DNA of 64,000 nucleotides from NCBI GenBank assembly GCA_020347645.1, contig CP070736.1:6451-70450 (forward strand), written 5' to 3'. Below the pieces are notes generated by a model that saw only the letters and a program-made list of their open reading frames with translations, had not been told where the DNA came from and searched no databases. Below are positions 17,554 to 27,507 of the stretch, piece after piece (positions within the stretch are counted from its first letter, which is position 1; every line of letters starts with the position of its first letter). The stretch comes from Methanobacteriota archaeon (GTDB lineage Archaea; Thermoplasmatota; Thermoplasmata; UBA10834). Made by a program: the position numbers and the translations under genes.

Positions 17554-17647
17554 CCTGACTAATTGCCCAATTCTCAGGAATCGAATTCGTCTCTTGCACG
17601 ACATGTAAGGTATTTAGACACGAGAAAGAGATACAACTGCGATTGGC

Positions 17648-18133
17648 ATGAATAGAGACTCCTCGAAAAGAAGACCACGAGCACTGAAATTACTCATCGC
17701 GACCGAAGGTTTATTCGCACTCCTAGGATTTGCGAGCGCATTCGGGCTGCTCTCGTCTCCATCTGGCGAGGGCATGGGTCTCCCGCCCGACCTCCTTGAC
17801 AATACTCCTCTGGGCGATTTCACCCTTGTTGGCCTGTTCTTTGTGGCCTTCTACGGAGTCCTGCCGACCCTGGCGACATACGGACTCTTGACTCGGAAGA
17901 GATGGCGCTGGACGGATGTCATCAACAGATGGACTGGCCAACATTGGGGATGGACCGCATCTGCCGCTGTAGGCGTCATACTGCTATTATGGATTGCAGT
18001 TGAGATAGTTCTCCTTGGTGTCCTGAGTGAAATCGGCGGAGTCCTTCAAGCTGCAATGGCTGCATTGGGTGTCTGGATGCTCCTCTTGGCCTTCCTCCCA
18101 TCTGTGAGGTCAAGCACGAAGCTTGAAGATTGA
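17648..18133 (+). CDS. Hypothetical integral membrane protein (about 4 TM)
   Basis: Four hydrophobic segments separated by short loops. Confidence 0.7.
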   Translation: MNRDSSKRRPRALKLLIATEGLFALLGFASAFGLLSSPSGEGMGLPPDLLDNTPLGDFTLVGLFFVAFYGVLPTLATYGLLTRKRWRWTDVINRWTGQHWGWTASAAVGVILLLWIAVEIVLLGVLSEIGGVLQAAMAALGVWMLLLAFLPSVRSSTKLED

Positions 18134-18453
18134 CCTTTTCCGGAAATCACAGCGTTATGCACGGTCGGAATGCGTTTAAATCGCGGCGAGCTCACCTGGC
18201 TTTTCTGTCAATAGCTGGGGTTGAGCTCTGCCTTCATTCTACACAAACCTCGTCTAATAGACCAATCGCTGTTGACCTCTCAAATATGGATGAGTCGAAG
18301 CTAGAAGATCTTGCTGCGAAGGTCACCGAAGTGCAAACAATTGCCTCAACTGGAACGTACAAGGACGTAGGCAAGAACACCAATTCATTTTAGATTGACC
18401 TCTCATCCATTGCGGAACGACCAGAGATCTTTCGAACTCTCGAAGTCATGATG

Positions 18454-19308
18454 TCACGCGTGATCAGGATTGCTCAACACTCGACGGGCGACTTGAAGCG
18501 CTTGAACGGTTTCAAGGACATCATGTGCGCGCACGATATCCGCGCCGTTGGCAGCCGCAATCACCGCAGCTCCTATGGACCCACCAAGTCTCTTTTCGAC
18601 CGATCCTCCAGTTATTCTTCCAATGAATGACTTCCTCGAAGCCCCTACGACGATAGGCTTTCCGAGAGGCTTCAGTTCACTCAGCCTTCTCAGAATGTCG
18701 ACGTTGTGTTCCACGGTCTTGCCGAAGCCTAATCCGGGATCCACCATTATCTGTCTCGGGTTGATGCCATCCCTCTCAGCGGCCGCAATTCTCTCGCTGA
18801 GAAATTCAACGATTTCCCTTACTACATCGTCATACTCCGGCGAGTCTTGCATCGTGCGAGGATCCCCCAGCATATGCATGATGATCACCGACGCATCATG
18901 CTCAGCCACGATCCTCCTCATATCGCTACTCCTGAGGCCTGATACGTCGTTGACTATGGTCGCTCCCGCTTTCAGGGCAGCGTCGGCAACTCCAGGCTTC
19001 ATCGTGTCAATCGAAATCTTCCCAGGGTGCAAGGAAGACAATCTAGAGACTACACCAAGAATCCTCGAGAGTTCTTCCTCCTCAGAGACCTCCTCGGCGT
19101 ATGGTCTAGTCGATTCCCCGCCGATGTCCACCAACTCCGCACCAGCATCAAACATCTCCACTCCTCTTCGGACTGCTGAACTCTCGTTTGAGTGGATGCC
19201 GTCTCCCGAGAACGAGTCCGGCGTGACGTTGATGATGCCCATTACCGCAGCTACGGCAGGTTGAGTCGCTCCGAAGGATGGTTCGTTCGGGTCTGTTGAG
19301 CCATTCAA
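18454..19308 (-). CDS. folP: Dihydropteroate synthase
   Basis: MGIINVTPDSFS, DIGGESTRP, DPGLGFGK, SRKSF and VRAHDV motifs. Confidence 0.95.
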   Translation of the reverse strand: MNGSTDPNEPSFGATQPAVAAVMGIINVTPDSFSGDGIHSNESSAVRRGVEMFDAGAELVDIGGESTRPYAEEVSEEEELSRILGVVSRLSSLHPGKISIDTMKPGVADAALKAGATIVNDVSGLRSSDMRRIVAEHDASVIIMHMLGDPRTMQDSPEYDDVVREIVEFLSERIAAAERDGINPRQIMVDPGLGFGKTVEHNVDILRRLSELKPLGKPIVVGASRKSFIGRITGGSVEKRLGGSIGAAVIAAANGADIVRAHDVLETVQALQVARRVLSNPDHA

Positions 19309-20423
19309 GGCGCATCATCTCCTATGCATGAGGTGACGAGTAGACCATCAATCAACTCGGTTATATCCAATATCTCTATGTCCGCCTCGACAGTCTCGTT
19401 TCCGAACTCAAGGGTGTTTACGCAGAACGGACATGAGGTCACAAGAACGTCTGCGACTTCGGATGCAGAGTCTAATCTCTTTGATGCCATTCTCCGAGAA
19501 GCGTCTGGATCGGCCGATCTCACTCCTCCTCCTCCTCCGCAGCATCTAGATGATTCCTGGCTCTGTCTCATCTCAACGAATTCCGCTTCGGGTATCTTCT
19601 TCAGCAAGGCCCTCGGTTCCTCATAAATCTTCATGTGTCTACCGATGTGGCAAGGGTCGTGATAGGTTATCTTCCTCGGTAGCGGCCTAAGCTTTAGGTT
19701 TTGCCTAGCTAGAAATTGCACCATGTGCTCCACTTCGAAACTGCAATCGAGATGCTTCGCGTACTCCTCTTTGAACGTGTGTAGACAACCTGCACACGTG
19801 AAGAGAAGCTTCTTAACACCGCGGTCCTGGGCCGCCTTTACGTTTTCCTTCATCAGTCTGACGAAGTCATTCTGAGGTTGCCCGATTCTATGCAGTGTGC
19901 TTCCGCAGCACACTTCATCGATAAGTGTGAAATCGATTCTTAGTTTCTTGAGTATAGATATTGAATGCTGAGCTATCGATGTGTTGCGGTATCTAGCGGT
20001 GCATCCGATAAAATATCCAACGTTCGCTTCCTTCGGATGGACGCCGAAATCGACATCTTTCGTTTCTCCGTAAGGATTCCCTGTATTCTCGATATTCTCC
20101 ACTATCTTGGCGTGTGCTGGTATGACATGTCCGGCCTTCACCAGATCCGCTCTTGTTGCCTGGACTATGTCAATTACTCTAATATTCGAAGGACACCGCC
20201 TTTCACAGTCTTTGCAGGTCGTGCATTGGTACATTCTCTTCACGACCGAATCATCAGGCTCGATTTCATTCCTCGCTAATCCGTATGCAAGTATGACCTT
20301 CCCTCTTGCCACAGAGGGGTCCCATTGGTTGTCCTCGAAATAAGGGCAGACGCTCTTGCAGAAGCCGCAAAAAGTGCATGTGAGCATCTCCTTTTCAAGC
20401 TCTCGTGCTCTATCCATTTTCAT
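19305..20423 (-). CDS. Fe-S oxidoreductase, HdrD/GlcF-like (two 4Fe-4S motifs + CCG domains)
   Basis: CTFCGFCKSVCP, CTTCKDCERRCP, CCGS, YHDPCH and CCGGGGG motifs. Confidence 0.9.
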   Translation of the reverse strand: MKMDRARELEKEMLTCTFCGFCKSVCPYFEDNQWDPSVARGKVILAYGLARNEIEPDDSVVKRMYQCTTCKDCERRCPSNIRVIDIVQATRADLVKAGHVIPAHAKIVENIENTGNPYGETKDVDFGVHPKEANVGYFIGCTARYRNTSIAQHSISILKKLRIDFTLIDEVCCGSTLHRIGQPQNDFVRLMKENVKAAQDRGVKKLLFTCAGCLHTFKEEYAKHLDCSFEVEHMVQFLARQNLKLRPLPRKITYHDPCHIGRHMKIYEEPRALLKKIPEAEFVEMRQSQESSRCCGGGGGVRSADPDASRRMASKRLDSASEVADVLVTSCPFCVNTLEFGNETVEADIEILDITELIDGLLVTSCIGDDAP

Positions 20424-20442
20424 TGACACTTCTCTCGATGTT

Positions 20443-21714
20443 TCAATGAATTGGTTTCGTCTGTTCATAGGCTGACTGAACTCTTGGCACTGTAAACACA
20501 GCATCCATAATAAAGGTCACTTTTGCCCCCTCTCCCATCTCAGCCAAGGCGGTGTCTACCGCCTCCTGAACCGATCGCATAGGTATTAGATGTGCTCTGG
20601 TTGCGATAGAAGGCTCAAGATTCGTGACAGCGTACATCTTCATCTTCAGTTCTATCTCTGCAATCTTCGCCGCCTTGTGATACCCTAGCTTGTATCCTTC
20701 AGCGATTTTGACTCGGACTTCTTCTGGCGTCTCAGCACTGCCGAGCAACTTCAGGAAGGCGGGTGGTCCAACGCCAGTTCGACAAGCGCTGACTAGTATG
20801 ATGACTCCTCCGTCCTTTACCGCGTACTTGGCGTTGTCAAGAGCCTTTTGTGATTGGTAGAGATCGACGTCTTGCGGGTACAATGTTACCGCGACAACCA
20901 CATCCGCCTTGGTGCTCATATTGACGACGAATATCTCATCAGCTTTCTGCACGGCGGCATTGAATGTGGAATCGATGTCGCCAGCATATGCCGAGCAGAT
21001 TTTGCGGTTACGGTCGAGTACAACCATAATCGAAAAGATACTGTACTTCTCTAGACAGGCCATCGCATCTTCCATATCATCGTGAACAGGATTTCCATCG
21101 AGGGTGAGAACCTGTGCCTCGACTGCAAGCGCGTGTTTGTGGTTCTGTTCTATGGTCTCGTAGGCGCAGACGCCCGGCAGAAATGCTTTCCTTCCCCCGG
21201 TGTAGCCTGCAAAATAGTGTGGTTCGACGCTCCCGATCACTACGATTCGATTGGCTTCCGTTACCATCTTGTTCACTCTAATCTCGGTGCCTCTCTTTGT
21301 CGTGTCCAATAGAACCATCTCGCTTTCCTTTGAGTCATGGGAGAACACTCGAGATTCTATCTCGTCGTACCTTTCTCCGAAGATGAGCCGATATTCTTCT
21401 TCCGTCGGAGCTCTATGAATGCCCGTTGCCACTATGAATTTGACGTCAAGATTCTCCAATTCTGGGCAAATCTGATCAAGGATTTTCGCAGTCGGTGTTG
21501 GTCTAGTAGCATCGTTCACGATTATCAGCGCGCTACTCGCTCCCTGAAGAAACTCTGCGAGTCCATCCGACCCTATCGGATTTGAGAGAGCTGCGCGTAA
21601 TGCGGCTCCCTCATCACAGTCTCCTAATTCGTTCGGAGAGATGACACCGCCAATGGCTTCGTCCGAAACATCAACGGTTTCAATTCCATCCCCAAAAGGA
21701 ATCTCTACTTTCAT
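20443..21714 (-). CDS. larA: Nickel-dependent lactate racemase LarA family
   Basis: VNDATRPTP, ATGIHR, EPHYFAGYTGGRK and DLYQSQKAL motifs. Confidence 0.9.
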   Translation of the reverse strand: MKVEIPFGDGIETVDVSDEAIGGVISPNELGDCDEGAALRAALSNPIGSDGLAEFLQGASSALIIVNDATRPTPTAKILDQICPELENLDVKFIVATGIHRAPTEEEYRLIFGERYDEIESRVFSHDSKESEMVLLDTTKRGTEIRVNKMVTEANRIVVIGSVEPHYFAGYTGGRKAFLPGVCAYETIEQNHKHALAVEAQVLTLDGNPVHDDMEDAMACLEKYSIFSIMVVLDRNRKICSAYAGDIDSTFNAAVQKADEIFVVNMSTKADVVVAVTLYPQDVDLYQSQKALDNAKYAVKDGGVIILVSACRTGVGPPAFLKLLGSAETPEEVRVKIAEGYKLGYHKAAKIAEIELKMKMYAVTNLEPSIATRAHLIPMRSVQEAVDTALAEMGEGAKVTFIMDAVFTVPRVQSAYEQTKPIH

Positions 21715-21837
21715 TCGAATTAATCACCAGCAGTGATAGTTCTTCTATTAGTACGTTAAGGTTTGCCACCATCAGGCTGATGCAATCCTATGCCGAGAAG
21801 AAAAGGCTTAATTACGACCTACGGGACTCTGTTCGCC

Positions 21838-22815
21838 GTGAAAACTCTGGGCAGACTAGGAGAGCGGGAGGCCATCAGAGTCATCGATGGAATCGTCAAT
21901 AGCAAAGTCGAAATCGGCATAGGTGATGACTGCGCGGCCCTCGATGTTGGGGACAGGTATCTTCTCATCACCACCGATATGATGGCTGCGAAAACGCATG
22001 TCCCTAAGGGAATGAGTCCGTATGATATCGGCTGGACTCTGGTCGCCATCAATTTGAGCGATATTGCAGCGATGGGGGGTATCCCTGAAGGCGTGGTAGC
22101 CGCAATAGGAATCACCAGAGGTCATCCGATTGATTATCTCGAGCAGATTGTCGATGGAATGAACGATTGCGCTCAGCGATTCGGGACATCAATAGTTGGC
22201 GGAGACACGAAGGAGCACGATTCGCTGACGTTGTGTGGAACAGCCATCGGACATGTCAAGAAAGACGAAATTTTGCTCAGGAAGGGGGCGAAATCAGGGG
22301 ATCTAGTCGTTGTCTCAGGTGAGTTGGGCACTGCCGGCGCGGGGTACTTCTCCTTGAAACGAAGTCTTGGACTCAGCGAGGCTGAAGGAGTCCTTAAGAG
22401 ACCATGGCCTCGAATCAAGGAGGCCAGGGTACTAGCATCCTCAGGTGTGGTCACCTCATGCATGGATATCAGTGACGGCCTATCTTCCTCCATCTATGAA
22501 CTCTCAAAGAATTCAGGACTCACTTATGAGATTGACTACGCTAGTATCCCGAAGGCAAAGGAGGTTGAGATGGCTTTCCATGATACAGAACGACAGAAAT
22601 CGTTGGTTTTGAACTTTGGTGATGATTTCGAACTTCTGTTCACCGTCAATCGCGAGTCAGAAGAAGAACTCAGAAGGCTGTCCGTCAAGGCCGACTGTCC
22701 CTTTTCAGTGATCGGCAAGGTGACCAGCGGTGAGGAGAATATTCTTGTGGACGACGGCAAGAGGGAGAAGCTGGAGAACCTCGGCTATGAACACTTCAGA
22801 ACGCGTCAATCATGA
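21838..22815 (+). CDS. thiL: Thiamine-monophosphate kinase
   Basis: GIGDDCA, AINLSDIAAMGG, GGDT and MDISDGL motifs. Confidence 0.95.
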   Translation: MKTLGRLGEREAIRVIDGIVNSKVEIGIGDDCAALDVGDRYLLITTDMMAAKTHVPKGMSPYDIGWTLVAINLSDIAAMGGIPEGVVAAIGITRGHPIDYLEQIVDGMNDCAQRFGTSIVGGDTKEHDSLTLCGTAIGHVKKDEILLRKGAKSGDLVVVSGELGTAGAGYFSLKRSLGLSEAEGVLKRPWPRIKEARVLASSGVVTSCMDISDGLSSSIYELSKNSGLTYEIDYASIPKAKEVEMAFHDTERQKSLVLNFGDDFELLFTVNRESEEELRRLSVKADCPFSVIGKVTSGEENILVDDGKREKLENLGYEHFRTRQS

Positions 22816-23809
22816 AGCCCGGTACTATGAACAAGAAGGCAGCAAGGTTAGATGCCTTCTATGCCCTCATCGATGTCTTATCGACGAGGGGAAACACGGA
22901 ATCTGCGGAGTTCGTGAGCATAGAAACGGGAAGCTGTACTCTATCATCTTTGGCCTTGCGTCGTCAATTCAACCAGACCCAATCGAGAAGAAACCTCTGT
23001 TTCATTTCATGCCGGGAACTACTTCGATTTCGCTTGGCTCCGTCGGCTGCAATCTATCATGCAGACACTGTCAGAACTACTCGATATCGAGAGCGTCTCC
23101 GTCAGATGTCCGTTTGACCTCTGTATCTCCTGATGATGTAGTGCGATTTGCGAAGGAGACTAACGCATTGTCAGTCTCCTGGACATACAACGAGCCTATT
23201 ATATGGCACGAGTTCACAACAGCCACATCGGCCGTCGTGCACGATGCCGGTTTGAAGACGAACTACGTCACGAATGGATACATATCTGAGGATCCGTTGA
23301 GGGAATTGAAGGGAGTCATAGATGCTATGAACATCGATGTCAAATCCTTCAGAGATGAGTTCTACAGGAGAACCTGTGGTGGTAGCCTTGCTCCAGTGCT
23401 TCGAACATGCGAACTCTCTTCGGAAATGGGGATTCACGTTGAACTGACATATCTGGTAATTCCCGGATTTAACGATTCAGTGAAGGAGATCGAGGAGTTT
23501 TCGTCATGGGTGCACGACAGCATGCATTCGTCGGTTCCAGTTCATTTCTCAGCCTTCCATCCCGACCATCGAATGACGGACGTTCCTAGGACTCCGATAA
23601 AGACGATGCTGAGCGCGCACAACATAGCAAAGAAGGCAGGCCTCGATTTTGTATATATCGGAAACGTCCCCGCTGGCGACAAGGACAATACATACTGTCC
23701 GAGATGTGGGACGTTGGCTATCAGGCGGGAAGGATTCGCCGTAACTAGTCTTGAACTGAATGACAACCGGTGTACGAAATGCGGCAAGTCCTTGAACATT
23801 GTGCGGTAG
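22787..23809 (+). CDS. AmmeMemoRadiSam-type radical SAM enzyme
   Basis: CLLCPHRC, DPIEKKPLFHF, GCNLSCRHCQN and WTYNEP motifs. Confidence 0.9.
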   Translation: MNTSERVNHEARYYEQEGSKVRCLLCPHRCLIDEGKHGICGVREHRNGKLYSIIFGLASSIQPDPIEKKPLFHFMPGTTSISLGSVGCNLSCRHCQNYSISRASPSDVRLTSVSPDDVVRFAKETNALSVSWTYNEPIIWHEFTTATSAVVHDAGLKTNYVTNGYISEDPLRELKGVIDAMNIDVKSFRDEFYRRTCGGSLAPVLRTCELSSEMGIHVELTYLVIPGFNDSVKEIEEFSSWVHDSMHSSVPVHFSAFHPDHRMTDVPRTPIKTMLSAHNIAKKAGLDFVYIGNVPAGDKDNTYCPRCGTLAIRREGFAVTSLELNDNRCTKCGKSLNIVR

Positions 23810-23830
23810 ACGTGCGTCGGAGTTTTTCGA

Positions 23831-24481
23831 ATGGTATTGAAGATAATAGATGTTGTCCGTCTACTCGAGCAGCAATACGGCAATTCCGACTGGTGGCCAG
23901 CAGAAACTCAGTTTGAGGTCGCGGTAGGCGCGATTTTAACGCAGAGAACTTCCTGGAGGAACGCCAAATTAGCAATCGAAGCGCTTAGAGAGAAAAAGAT
24001 GCTCACCCCTCGTGAGTTGCTGAACACCAGTTGTGCCGAGATTGAAAAGGTCATCCGGCCCTCAGGTTTTTACAAACAGAAGGCAAATTACCTCATCGAG
24101 TTTGCATCATATGTCGAACTGAAGTACGGGGGCGACATATCGAGTATGTCGCGAAGATCGCCAGAAGTTCTCCGCCAGGAACTTATCCAGTTGCGTGGTA
24201 TCGGTCCAGAGACCGCCGATGCGATACTCTTGTACGCTTTGGCGTTTCCTAGTTTCGTTGTGGATGCATACACGACTAGAGTTCTAAGGCGATTGGGCTT
24301 GAACGCGGGGGAGACCTACGATGCAATCAAGGCGAATTTCGAGAGTGCCCTTGGAAACGACCATGCCAGGCTGGCAAATGCACATGCTCTTATGGTTGTC
24401 CATTGCCAAAAGCGATGCAGACCGTCTCCGATTTGCGTTGGCTGTATTTTCACAGATTTGTGTATTTCAAAAACTGAATAG
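23831..24481 (+). CDS. HhH-GPD superfamily DNA glycosylase (endonuclease III-like)
   Basis: GAILTQRTSW, IRPSGFY, GIGPETAD, VVDAY and C-terminal Cys cluster. Confidence 0.88.
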   Translation: MVLKIIDVVRLLEQQYGNSDWWPAETQFEVAVGAILTQRTSWRNAKLAIEALREKKMLTPRELLNTSCAEIEKVIRPSGFYKQKANYLIEFASYVELKYGGDISSMSRRSPEVLRQELIQLRGIGPETADAILLYALAFPSFVVDAYTTRVLRRLGLNAGETYDAIKANFESALGNDHARLANAHALMVVHCQKRCRPSPICVGCIFTDLCISKTE

Positions 24482-25357
24482 AAGGAACAGGACATTGCCT
24501 GCAATAATAGTAAGCACGAAGCCTGCGAGCATCGGCACGATGAACGGTATCTTCGGCGTTACCCAGACTCTCGTCAGTCCTCGTTCCCTCAACCTTCCGA
24601 GTTCCTGAACGAGGTCTTCGTCGCTCCTTGGCCTGGCATAGAATATGTGTTGATCGTTCTCTATTCTCTCCATGAGCCAGACGTGTTTACCGGCCACACG
24701 GTCGATATCCATTCTATAACCGGCGAATGCCTGAGGAAATCTGACATCTCCCCTGGCCAAGTTCTTTGCGAGAAATACTATTGGCAGGAATACAACCAGT
24801 ATCGCTGCATTCACAAGCACAGATAAGGAGAATGGGAATATGATTTGAAGCGTTTCATTGGCTGCTATCAGAGGAAAGCCAGCCACGACCGGATAGGCCG
24901 GGAACAGAACGGTTAACGATATCAGCGCCTTTGCATCTGCTCCTCCGCGAATCAGGTCAAACATGTACATAAGCACAATGACCATCATAACCACAGGAAT
25001 TGCCAGCAAGGGCTGGAAATACTTCTCATCAATCCACACCATGCCTAGGGCTGTAGTCGCCGCCAAGGCGACGCCGTACTTCAGCATCGGAAAGTATCTA
25101 GAGAATGTTGAATCACCATCTAGGTCCAAGAAAACATCGGAAAGGATTGCGAACACCGGGATGAGAATCAGCGAGTACTCAATGGGAGCATCGTCATTGA
25201 TAATTCTCAACGGGAGAAGCACTATACCAAGAACAGATAGCCCGATCCAGAAAGTGTTCGAGACTCTTCTGGTCCTGAGATCTCTTGCGGATGCGAGACA
25301 GAGAACAGCGATAGCGGCGAGCAACTGAAGTGCCGCGAACATCTCTTCCGAAAGCAC
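24467..25357 (-). CDS. A24 family prepilin/prearchaellin peptidase (FlaK/PibD-like)
   Basis: Multiple TM helices, ASARDL, GGADAK and VWVTPKIPFIVP motifs. Confidence 0.88.
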   Translation of the reverse strand: MLSEEMFAALQLLAAIAVLCLASARDLRTRRVSNTFWIGLSVLGIVLLPLRIINDDAPIEYSLILIPVFAILSDVFLDLDGDSTFSRYFPMLKYGVALAATTALGMVWIDEKYFQPLLAIPVVMMVIVLMYMFDLIRGGADAKALISLTVLFPAYPVVAGFPLIAANETLQIIFPFSLSVLVNAAILVVFLPIVFLAKNLARGDVRFPQAFAGYRMDIDRVAGKHVWLMERIENDQHIFYARPRSDEDLVQELGRLRERGLTRVWVTPKIPFIVPMLAGFVLTIIAGNVLFLLFSF

Positions 25358-25423
25358 GGGGAATGATGAAAATCGGCGTACTTAATGAATTCGAGGATAT
25401 GTTAGGCACAGACCAAGTGAGCC

Positions 25424-26446
25424 CTAGCCGACTAGGTCCAGGCCGAGGTCCTCGGCGATTCTGAGTGCGGAGGCGTATTCGGAAGCGCTCAGGGGACGCG
25501 AAATGTCATTATGACTCCCAGCGTTATGGGCTGGTCGATACTGCCCCATAACGTTCACTTTAGCGCCTTCGAGGTTGTCCGCAATCCACGTTAGAACCGG
25601 GCGAGTGCAGCACTCGAGGTGGGAGGGGAGCACAAGATGTCGTACAATAACTTCCGCTTGGCGTTTGGCAATCAGATGATTTCTGCGGATTATCTCAACG
25701 TAACGGTCAATTTTCGAAAGCCTCTTTGCGCATTCATCGTTGCCATACTTGAAGTCGGTGAGATACAAGTCTATTACGCCATCGAGTAGCCGAAGCGTCA
25801 TATCCGTGAGATACATGTTCGAATTCCATATCTGAGGCAGATTGATTTCGCATTGCGAAAGGGTTTTCAGTATGAACAGAAGATTGGATGTTGGGTCGCC
25901 TCCAACCCAATTCACATTCCTCGAGATGTAGGGCTCGAATGTTCCATGGCATTCTTCTTCGTTGGCGCGAGCTCTTCGAACTATGATGTTTGAAAGACGT
26001 TCAGGTGAAATCTGCAACCCCGATTCAGGGTTGGTCGAGATGTCGTGATTCTGGCAGTATACGCAGTCGAAAGTGCATCCAGAGAAGAAGATCGTGTGGG
26101 AGGGCACCAGCTCCGGTTCTTCGCCAGTGTGGAGAAACTCACTGGAAATACTAGCATCTAACACTCCGCAATGTCCTATCATTCCGGAGGCTCGGTTCAC
26201 GTGGCATGTCCTCTCACACAGAACGCAATCCTCCAGCATGCGTCGTGCGAGTTCCACCTTGAGTTCGAGCAATGAGACGCTTCCTTGTTGGCTATCACCG
26301 TTGCGTTGCCGATCGTGCACCTTCCAGAGGGTTCCGGTGTCGGAGTGAAGATCAACTTCGATCTGAGTACGTTTCGCGATAAGGTATCTTGCCTCGGCTT
26401 TTCCCTCTACTACCTTCCAGTACCGACTAAGAGGATCGCACACCAT
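25424..26446 (-). CDS. Radical SAM protein, PflX-like
   Basis: CVLCERTC, GEEPELVPS, FSGCTFDCVYCQN, GGDPT and RHLVLP motifs. Confidence 0.88.
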   Translation of the reverse strand: MVCDPLSRYWKVVEGKAEARYLIAKRTQIEVDLHSDTGTLWKVHDRQRNGDSQQGSVSLLELKVELARRMLEDCVLCERTCHVNRASGMIGHCGVLDASISSEFLHTGEEPELVPSHTIFFSGCTFDCVYCQNHDISTNPESGLQISPERLSNIIVRRARANEEECHGTFEPYISRNVNWVGGDPTSNLLFILKTLSQCEINLPQIWNSNMYLTDMTLRLLDGVIDLYLTDFKYGNDECAKRLSKIDRYVEIIRRNHLIAKRQAEVIVRHLVLPSHLECCTRPVLTWIADNLEGAKVNVMGQYRPAHNAGSHNDISRPLSASEYASALRIAEDLGLDLVG

Positions 26447-26506
26447 CAGTAGTGATACTTGTTTCTGCGCACATTTAATACTTGCACAGCGCTGACCCGT
26501 TCGACC

Positions 26507-27481
26507 ATGATGCATCCGTCTTTAGAGGATTTGCCGAACCTTTGGATGGAGATATGCAGGATCATCTCTCAAGTGCCCGAAGGCATGGTGACAACATATG
26601 GCGAAGTCGCCAAAGCCCTTGGGGATCCAATCGCAGCGATGTTCGTGGCTCTTGTGACAAGTGAAGATATCGACACCTTGAAGGTTCCATGTCACAGGGT
26701 CGTCAGGCTTGACGGGAGACTGGGTGGACGCACCTGCGAGAAGAGCCTGAGCAATAAAGCTCGACTTCTAAGGAGCGAAGGGATCAGCGTTCGGAGCGGA
26801 CGGGTGACAAATATGGACGGCCACCTCTTCGTCGACTTCCGTTCAAGTAGTCCTCTTAAAACCCTAAGAGAAAGACAAAAGACATTGAGAAGACGGGTCC
26901 GAATCCCGTTGGTTGACAAAGACTTCGAAAAGATCGCTGGAGCGGATATTTCCTACAGTTCCAAACAAGCGTTTGCCGCTGTGATAGTGCTGGATACTAC
27001 AACCGGTAAAGTAACGGAGAAACTACAAGCCGTGTCGAGAGCAGACTTTCCTTACGTTCCGACATATCTCGCATTTCGCGAGCTGCCAGTTCTAGCGCCA
27101 TTAGCCGACCAGCTCGATGAGGAAACGATTCTGATGTACGACGGAAATGGAATACTTCACCCTGAGAGATTCGGTGTAGCGAGCCATGCTGGCGTCGCTT
27201 TCGGCATACCAACCATAGGCGTGGCTAAAAGGCTCCTATGTGGGCGGATTGGAGATTATTCCAAAAAAGGTGAAGCCGAAGTCATGGTCAATGAAGAAGT
27301 AATAGGACATGCTCTTGGCGGTGCAGGCCAATCTCCGATATACGTGTCACCGGGACACGCAATTTCGGTGAGACAGTCGCTTTCAACAGTAAGGACTTTC
27401 AGCAAGCATCGCGTCCCCGAGCCAATACGGATTGCGCATCTCCTGGCGAATGACGCACGTCGTTCGGCAATCAACAAATAG
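26507..27481 (+). CDS. Fusion of O6-alkylguanine-DNA alkyltransferase (AGT) and endonuclease V
   Basis: N-terminal VTTYGEVA and PCHRV. C-terminal AGADISY, YLAFRE, DGNGILHP, TIGVAK and PEPIRIAH. Confidence 0.9.
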   Translation: MMHPSLEDLPNLWMEICRIISQVPEGMVTTYGEVAKALGDPIAAMFVALVTSEDIDTLKVPCHRVVRLDGRLGGRTCEKSLSNKARLLRSEGISVRSGRVTNMDGHLFVDFRSSSPLKTLRERQKTLRRRVRIPLVDKDFEKIAGADISYSSKQAFAAVIVLDTTTGKVTEKLQAVSRADFPYVPTYLAFRELPVLAPLADQLDEETILMYDGNGILHPERFGVASHAGVAFGIPTIGVAKRLLCGRIGDYSKKGEAEVMVNEEVIGHALGGAGQSPIYVSPGHAISVRQSLSTVRTFSKHRVPEPIRIAHLLANDARRSAINK

Positions 27482-27507
27482 GGTGGTTAGATTATTGTGG
27501 TAATCGA

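Noticed and set aside
18286-18630. 35-aa ORF (MDESKLEDL...) followed by an in-frame TAG and further open frame; TTGACCTCTCA repeated at 18272 and 18395
   Set aside because: No family resemblance, the extension overlaps folP antisense, and there is no Pyl evidence in the window. An 11-bp repeat can occur by chance.
22787-23809. AmmeMemoRadiSam enzyme without its usual partners
   Set aside because: Dispersed partners are common in archaea, so this is not informative from one window.
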